Source: Octopus sinensis
Lineage: Eukaryota
NCBI RefSeq assembly: GCF_006345805.1
Contig: NW_021834774.1
Location: forward strand, 1 to 26,543
Reading direction: 5' to 3'
Length of the DNA: 26,543 nucleotides
Under the pieces are notes generated by a model, which did no database searches, was not told where the DNA came from, and was given only the letters and a program-made list of their open reading frames with translations. Both the position numbers and the translations under genes were made by a program. Shown here piece by piece: positions 19,001 through 26,543 of this stretch; within the stretch, counting starts at the first letter, position 1; each line of letters opens with the position of its first letter.

Positions 19001-20476
19001 TGGTGCAGATTAAATATTCAGTATTCTTAACACTTTTTTCTCCCTTAGTTTCTTAATCAACTCGCATATAATCATTTTTTTGAGTCAGTTATTTGACTTT
19101 ACACAAACAGATGAATTCATGAACTGTTAATCGAGCCAAGGGTCGGTAGTGACCCAGGTAAGCTAGATTATGTTGCCCTAACATGTATAATTTTTTATTA
19201 CCATTAATTACAGTGAATCCGACGCTGACGACCGTTCAGCTGCAAATATTTGTATAGATTAGCTTACGCGACGCAAATCCTTAACAGAACAACTGCAACA
19301 AGTGACAAGAAATAGTAAACTGCAGGAATCAAAGCTAGGTTATATTCTCTATTTATTAGGATCTAAGTTCAACAGTAGAGCTCAACTTAAATCCCGAAGT
19401 TATCTGAATAAAAAATGATTATAAGTGGAGTGTTAAGTTGCAGAACGTAAATCACTGCCGTATATATAGCATTAATTCCATAGCTGATCAAGGCTAATTT
19501 GTAAACATTAGTTACTAATTATAGAGCTAGCATAATTAGTTAACAGGATTAAAAAGAAATTCCTTGTTAAATTCAGAATTAAATATAGTATTAAATACCT
19601 AAACTATTTACGTCACTGTAGTTTGTGCACGTGGTTCAAATTGTAAGTCTTTCGCTTTGTGTGTAATGTCTAAGCATAACTGCTTATTCCGCTTTATATT
19701 AACGCTAGTTTGTGAAATATTTACAGAGAAAGTACACTAGAAGATCCACTGCTATCTTTACATATAGATGTGAACTCTCGAATATCTAAAGTCAAAATAA
19801 TGGAAGCTAAGAATATATCTTTCTCTAGAGATTTTAGGTCATGTGATGAAATAGCTACAACCGTAAACTTAAACTGTGCCGCGATTTCAACTTTGCCAGT
19901 GTTCAATAGTCCCTAAAATACTTTTGATTGTATCTGTTTGTTAATTAGTAACTGGCTAAGGTGTATGGGTCTGAAGTTCAAGGTAAAAGAACAGTAGCCG
20001 ATTTTACGGTGCTTCTGTTGCTTATGAACAAAAAAAAAAAGACAACCCTCGACAATTCACCAACCCATGCATAAAATGCAACATCGTAATACAGCTGTAC
20101 TAAATTGAGAAGAGCAAGAACTAACCAATCATGTGAATTTATGATTAAATTAAACTTATGATCCAGCGTCGGTGACATTGACGGGACTGAAAATTCCCAT
20201 GTAGTCGTATGTATGCAGTAGAATTAGAATTCGCCTGCAACAGCACTGATTTGCGATAAATGGTTTTGAAATGTCGCTAAAATCAATTCAGATAATTGAG
20301 GTGAATGAAATACTACGTCAAGATCGTTCTCATCACATTCTTTGACCAGTTCCCAAAATGTGAAGTTCTAAAAGCTTAATCCAGAGGAAATATCCATGAC
20401 TGACTGAACATCACCGGAAATAATATCTAATGATAACTGCCTAACTAGTGATGGTGATGATGATGGTGGTGGTATA

Positions 20477-20524
20477 TGTGTATGTTTGTGTGTGTGCAGG
20501 TTTGTATGTGTGTGTGTGTGTGTA

Positions 20525-20575
<51 letters not shown>

Positions 20576-20586
20576 TGTGTGTGTGT
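20477..20586. repeat. (TG)n microsatellite
   Basis: Direct reading of the sequence. Confidence 0.95.
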
Positions 20587-20690
20587 TGTATTTGCAATTA
20601 CTAACAAGTGCCAATTTTTTTTATGCGAAACTTAGATATGTTAGGCATACATGTACATAAACACAGAAATACTGATACAAACAGAAATAT

Positions 20691-21109
20691 AAGGCGGCGA
20701 GCTGGTCGAATCGTTAGCACGCCGGACGAAATATTTAGTGGTATTTCGTCTGCCGCTACGTTCTGAGTTCAAATTCCGCCGAGGTCGTTTTTGCCTTTCA
20801 TCCTTTCGGCGTCGAAAAATTAAGTACCAGTTACGTACTGAGGTCGATGTAATCGACTTAATCCGCTTGTCTGTCCGTCTTTGCCCTCTCTGTGTTTAGC
20901 CCCTTGTGGGTAGTAAAGTAATAGGGATTTCGTCTGCCGTTATGTCCTGAGTTCAAATTCCGCCGTGGTCGACTTTGCCTTTCATCCTTTCGGGGGTCAA
21001 TAAATTAAGTACCAGTTACGTACTGAGGTCGATGTAATCGACTTAATCCGTTTGTCTGTCCTTGTTTGTTCCCTCTATGTTTAGCCCCTTGTGGGCAATA
21101 AAGAAATAA
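20691..21109 (+). mobile_element. Dimeric SINE family C with 12-bp TSD
   Basis: Head ggcggcgagctgg, B box-like gagttcaaattcc, 184-bp tandem duplication of the body (atttcgtctgccg at 20743 and 20927); ACAAACAGAAAT at 20677-20688 and 21110-21121. Confidence 0.93.
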
Positions 21110-21684
21110 ACAAACAGAAATGTGGACACAAACACACACATACAGAAACGCAGAAAGACAAATAGACACTCAAACAACACATACAATATAATCTGCTTAA
21201 TGGAAACTTCAATATGTCCCCGGGACATTCTTCAGAATTGCAACCGAATTGTATCTAACCCTACTTTAAGTTCTGAATCGTCTTCTTAGTGGTTTACATA
21301 CACTGTACACGATCCTAATACACACGCACGCATAAATATCATATAAATGGTTTGATCTCTACAATATTAATGAGAAAAGAAATCAAGCCAAAATCAGCTT
21401 TAAACTCCGCTTCCAACAAATAGTTGTTCCTTAAACGAGTAAATTCATTAAGACGAGCGAAACGAAGTTATTTACTTTATGTTCTGGTTAGTTTATGCTA
21501 CTAAGAAGCAAACGAGAGTGCGATGATTTGTAGAACACCAGACTTAATGCCTTGTGGTAACAAGTTACGATCCTTGCGTCTTTGACAATCATTCTTTTCT
21601 GGTTGATAAAATAAAAACAAATGGCAAGTTATGGAATCGTTTTATTTTATTTTTGTTCCCGCCTTCAAAAGCTCTGGATTGGCA

Positions 21685-21691
21685 GTGATGG

Positions 21692-21740
<49 letters not shown>

Positions 21741-22100
21741 GGTGGTGGTAGTAGTAGTAGTAGGGGTGGTGTTGTTGGTGTGGTCATGGTGCAGGTGGTT
21801 GTGGTGCTGATGGTGGTGGCGGTGGTATTAACTATCGTGGCAGTGATGACAGCGGCGCTATTGATGACTGCTGTGGTGGTGGTGGTGGCTCTGATTGTGA
21901 AAATGGCTATTGTGGTGCCGATGGTCGTTGTAGTGCTGATGGTTGTAGTTGTGCCGGTGGTTGTGGCGGTTGGTGGCGGTTGTGATGATCTTGGCGTTAA
22001 TGACTGCAGAGACACTGATAGCTACTGTATTGTCGATGATTGTGAGCGAGATGGAGGTGGTCGTGATGGTGATGGTGGTGTTGATAGCTGCGGTGGTATT
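21685..22100. repeat. (GAT)n/(GGT)n/(AGT)n and degenerate GKT trinucleotide tract
   Basis: Pure tracts at 21685-21762 decaying into about 340 bp of 3-periodic G/T-rich sequence. Confidence 0.92.
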
Positions 22101-22214
22101 GATAAAATCGTATGTTAGTGGGGGAAGCAGAGGTGATACTGGAGTGTTAATTCTGATCGGTGTGGCTAAAAGTATTAGTGTATAGAGGTGTATGGAATAC
22201 CGTCTATCATGATA

Positions 22215-23515
22215 ATGGATAATGTTATCAAATTGTTCTTGTTAATAAATTTAGGGAGATTCCAAAATCTCATTCAAATCTAATTGAAGGTTCCTCCTTT
22301 TATTAGAATCATGAATTATCAAATGTCCAGATACTGATATGTCACCTGTTTAATGTTGACAGCCAGTTATTGTTATCGAAAATGTTAAATATAAGGGTTT
22401 GCATTCAATGAATGTAATGTGAATAAGTGCATAGGCGTATATATATATATATATTTTCCAGTAAAGATATACTATAGTTTGTTAAAATTATTCTCAAAGC
22501 TAAAATATATCTGCACAGATAAAATACATATTTCTATCTATTTACTCTATTTTTTTTTACCTTAGATTTTTAACATGATAAATGTATTATAGACACCTGG
22601 TCCTACGTTTTAAGTTTTACATTTAGTTAACGGAGTTTCTTCTATAAGAAAAATCATGTTTTTATTTCTTTAAGAAATATTGTTTAATTCTATTTGATTA
22701 TTTATTAAAAATATGTATTTAAACTACTATTATTGTTATTATTGTTGACCTGAGGAGTGACTATACTTTTAAATTGAATTATATTTGGTTTAAATTTAAA
22801 TTTAATTGTAATTTGAATTGAAGTTATAGCCACGAATTATTATATAATGTCTTTAATTATTATATAATGTTTATTCATTATTATGTACTTTTGTGATCTA
22901 GATATGTTTTATAATATATTTTGTTTTTTCTATATGATGTGGTTTATGTCTATCATTGTTTGAATTACATAATAGTGGTTTTTCTCTAATTTATATACAT
23001 TATATATAAATATATATATATTATATTATATTATATTATATTATATTACATTATATTATATATATATAATATAACATAATATAATATAATATAATATAAT
23101 TCAAGGGATACCAGATAGGCCACCTGGATGAGTCATGATATCACAAAACCTGACTTAGAAGAGATTTAGCAGATCCTATCAGGTGATGCTATTAAGTTAG
23201 ACATGGCCTAGGACAATCTTCGACTGAAACATATTTAAGGTATCTCAGTTATAAATATTAGCAGAAAGACCACCCTCCAGGCGGTTTTCTAATAGCCACT
23301 TGATAGTATTTTATATTTGATTCCCAATTCTAATAATTTTTATATTTTACGTCTAATTATTTCTTTGTATAATAGTACTCACTTGCTTGGTAAATATTGC
23401 CTTTATTATTTTATCACAGTCATAAGCTCTCTTTATTAAACAGACATCAAAGTAGTCCAACTACGTTTAATGTGCAAAATATAAAAAATAGCAACCATCA
23501 CATAGAGATATTTTA
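22215..23515 (-). pseudogene. Highly decayed Penelope-like element (RT remnant then GIY-YIG remnant)
   Basis: Minus strand KYLYVDGCYFLYFAH*T*LDYFDVCLIKR (YVDG at 23505-23494, compare RT YVDD) and downstream LIHITFIECKPLY...ISVSGHL (22427-22320; compare LIY.I.C..C...Y and VS.HL). Order is correct but similarity is weak. Confidence 0.4.
23020..23100. repeat. (TTATA)n-(TA)n-(TATAA)n palindromic pentanucleotide array
   Basis: Pentamer orientation flips around a short TA core. Confidence 0.88.
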
Positions 23516-23903
23516 ATACCTATAGCGTATCAAGTAGCCAGTAAACAAATTCACTTGATAATTCTAACGACGGGAAGGAAGCTTCAGTAAATTTTAATGA
23601 TTTGTCCAATGTAATTTTTTTCCAGTATGTATAAACAATTAAAGAGACAGTGTGTGTGTATGACAGAGAGATATCGAGAGAGAGATAAAGAAGAAAGAGA
23701 GAGAAGAGAGAGAGAAAGACAGAGAGGGAGGGAGAACATTGCAAACAATGAATTAAATAACCATGAAATTTTTAAAATGTATAAATAAACGCTCGTTAAA
23801 ATCTTGTACCAGATATTTAATTTTCCTAAAAACTTCAATTTATAAAAACCTCACATGCTTAATGAATATTTCTTCAGTAATTTATCATAGTTATAATACA
23901 TCC

Positions 23904-24008
23904 AAGCCAATGGTAGAAGACACTAGGTCAAGCTGCCACGCAGTGGAAATGAACCCGAAACCACGTGGTTGGGAAGCAAGCTTCTTACCACACAGCCACG
24001 CTTGCGCG
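23904..24008 (-). mobile_element. SINE family A 5' head
   Basis: gtagaagacact...gccacgcagtgg...gaaccc...gtggttgggaagcaagcttcttaccacacagccac is the reverse complement of 1495-1600. Confidence 0.85.
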
Positions 24009-24842
24009 TACATATAAGGATATATATATATATGTATGTAAGTATGTATGTATGTATGTATGTATATATTCCACTGTTTGTTGTTTTTTTTGTTTTCCCG
24101 TTTGGATTAAATTATTTATATATATATATATATATAATATATATATATATCTAATATATATATATATATACTATATATTTATACATATACATACATACAT
24201 GCATACATAATTACATGTATTGACTCATACAATACGTTACATACATACACACACATGTATACTTATTTATGTATATATGAATATTTAACGAAAATTAGTA
24301 AAAGGTATTTAATCAGAAAGTTCAGTATTTCAGCAACAATGACAAATAAGTGTATATTAACCTGTAAGATATAATCTAGATTTATTGAAATTATTTCAGC
24401 TTCTAGTGAAGATGGAACAATCTCTTGGTGGCAAATCTAAATGAGAAGGGGGGGGGGGCAAGCATTCTCAAGAGAGAAGCCTTCTGACAAATTGCCATAC
24501 CATTCAGGAAGAGACAGTCCAATTGTTAAGAAGAAATAGGGTTGCTGTGGACCCGTGTTTCTGCCACAAAATATGAGATGTATCAGTACGTTACCTGTCC
24601 TCACGCACGCATGCACTCACACACATAAAGAAACACATGTATGTATATAAGTGTATATGTGAGTGTATGTATTTCTCTATATATCTGTGTATGTGTGTGC
24701 GTGTGTGTGTGAATTTCTTATCAACTTCTATCGAAATGCAAACATTATAAATACCAGGATATTCCAAGTGTAACTTTCACTACTTTTCAAATGTTGTCGG
24801 AAGAAATGCTCATAGCTTACATCAATAATCATATATTATTAT

Positions 24843-24974
24843 ATGTATGTCTGTATGTATGTATGTATGTATGTATGTATGTATGTGTGTATGTATGTAT
24901 GCATGTATGTATGCATGTATGTATGTATGTATTTATGTATGTATGTGTGTATGTGTATGTATGAAGATAGATAA

Positions 24975-25026
<52 letters not shown>
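24843..25026. repeat. (TATG)n followed by (GATA)n
   Basis: Direct reading of the sequence. Confidence 0.96.
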
Positions 25027-25876
25027 TAAAATTGGATACAGGGAGAATTGACATAAGAAGTGTGGGCTGAATGCACATCCTAGGCTTGGTGGCAGGAGGA
25101 GGAGAAGGAGAGGAAGTAAAATGATGGAGTAGTTACGAGAGAGGAGTTATACAAATAAGCAAATTTTCTTATTTATCGGTTGGCAGATATCAGTACAGAT
25201 GAGCAAATAATTTGTTTGCTGTAGTTATAAACAAGCTCTTGTTAGGTTCATTAGCCCAGAGCAGCTTTGGTTGAGGAGACAGAATGATGTTGAAACACCA
25301 GGTGTACCAATATCCCCTTACGATAATGAATCGAATTTGTTATGAAAACACATTCATCTGAAAGATGCTGCTACTCTCCAGCGATGAAACATATCAGCGA
25401 TTAACATATTCATGTTCGAATCTGCCGGAGTGTATTAAGAATGAATATTTGTCACCGCCGTTTTATTTAAACTTATTTTCAGTTAATAATTAATTTTCTT
25501 TTGAAAATTAAGATTCACATCATTTTGTATATAGATGCGACTTGCCTTTCCTCACTGTTCGCAAACCTTGCTGTTACTATAACGGCTTCTGTTCTTGGAG
25601 CTAACTGAGGTCATGTTTTCTCAAACCCTTGTATTTCTATCCCGCTCATCTCTTCCCCTCCTACCATTCTTGTTGTATCCAACTCCTCAAGCAAACTTTC
25701 ACACTAATCAGTACCCGCCATCATTCCTCCTTCAAAAGTAGCACCAGTAACATCAATTTAACCAATTTAGAACTCCCGCTATAAACATGGCCTCTATCAC
25801 TTCCTTCACACTCAGCAAGTCAAGAGCTGTATGAAATTTGTATTATATATGTATGGGAACGTGTGTGCGTATATGT

Positions 25877-25885
25877 ACACACACA

Positions 25886-25941
<56 letters not shown>

Positions 25942-25967
25942 AACACACACACAACACACACACACAA

Positions 25968-25998
<31 letters not shown>

Positions 25999-26064
25999 AA
26001 CACACACACAAACACACAAACACACACACACACAAACACACACAAACACACACACACACACACA
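25877..26064. repeat. (CA)n array with CAAA interruptions
   Basis: Direct reading of the sequence. Confidence 0.96.
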
Positions 26065-26332
26065 AAGGGTCCGAGGAGGCTATGAGTTGATGCACAAGCA
26101 CCTTATAGCAGAAACAGCTGTAAGCTAATGAAGCTGATTGTGCAATTGTGCAATTCCTGTTCCTTTCACATTCAATTATTTCATATTACGCTCGCTTCTC
26201 GCCTAACACTGTATTCTGAAGCATATGCATACTGTGTTCTACAAGGTTATTTAGTATCGCTATGCGCAAGCGAAATTAATATGAGTGTGTATGTGTGTGT
26301 GCACGCGCGTGAGTATGTGTACTTCTGTGCCT

Positions 26333-26359
26333 TATATATGATATATATATATATATATG

Positions 26360-26436
<77 letters not shown>

Positions 26437-26487
26437 TAGTATATACATATATGTATATGTATATATGCATATACATATGCATATATG

Positions 26488-26543
<56 letters not shown>
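26333..26543. repeat. Compound (TA)n/(TG)n microsatellite
   Basis: Direct reading of the sequence. Confidence 0.96.

Noticed and set aside
21621-22118. 165-aa ORF with poly-D/G/S and a Val-rich hydrophobic stretch (and the Thr-rich antisense ORF)
   Set aside because: Product of a degenerate GAT/GGT trinucleotide tract, open on both strands for compositional reasons.
23121-23185. Hammerhead-like cacctggatgagtc...cacaaaac...tcaggtg
   Set aside because: Needs at least three changes in the core and stem II, and has no clear stem III.
22200-23560. Possible mitochondrial insertion (very AT-rich)
   Set aside because: No recognisable mitochondrial gene, rRNA or tRNA; a decayed PLE explains the few motifs better.

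Overview
AT-rich, microsatellite-dense metazoan non-coding DNA. The tRNA-derived SINE families and (TACA)n/(GATA)n/(TA)n load look like an octopus (coleoid cephalopod) genome, but that is pattern recognition, not a database match. No intact protein-coding gene is recognisable, and nearly all listed ORFs are microsatellite translations. The window is a nest of mobile-element remnants: at least four SINE families (two copies with clear target-site duplications), an RTE-clade LINE 3' end, a TA-flanked Tc2/pogo-type MITE, a non-autonomous Helitron, and many Penelope-like element (PLE) fragments (GIY-YIG endonuclease remnants, a decayed RT, and terminal repeats carrying hammerhead-ribozyme motifs). 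The most striking item is a ~300-bp element at 12563-12860 flanked by an 11-bp direct repeat. It forms a 98-bp foldback, and each arm carries a minimal type I hammerhead fold with a swapped G3-C8 core pair and a palindromic stem III. A few candidate exons and local inverted or templated duplications are also noted.
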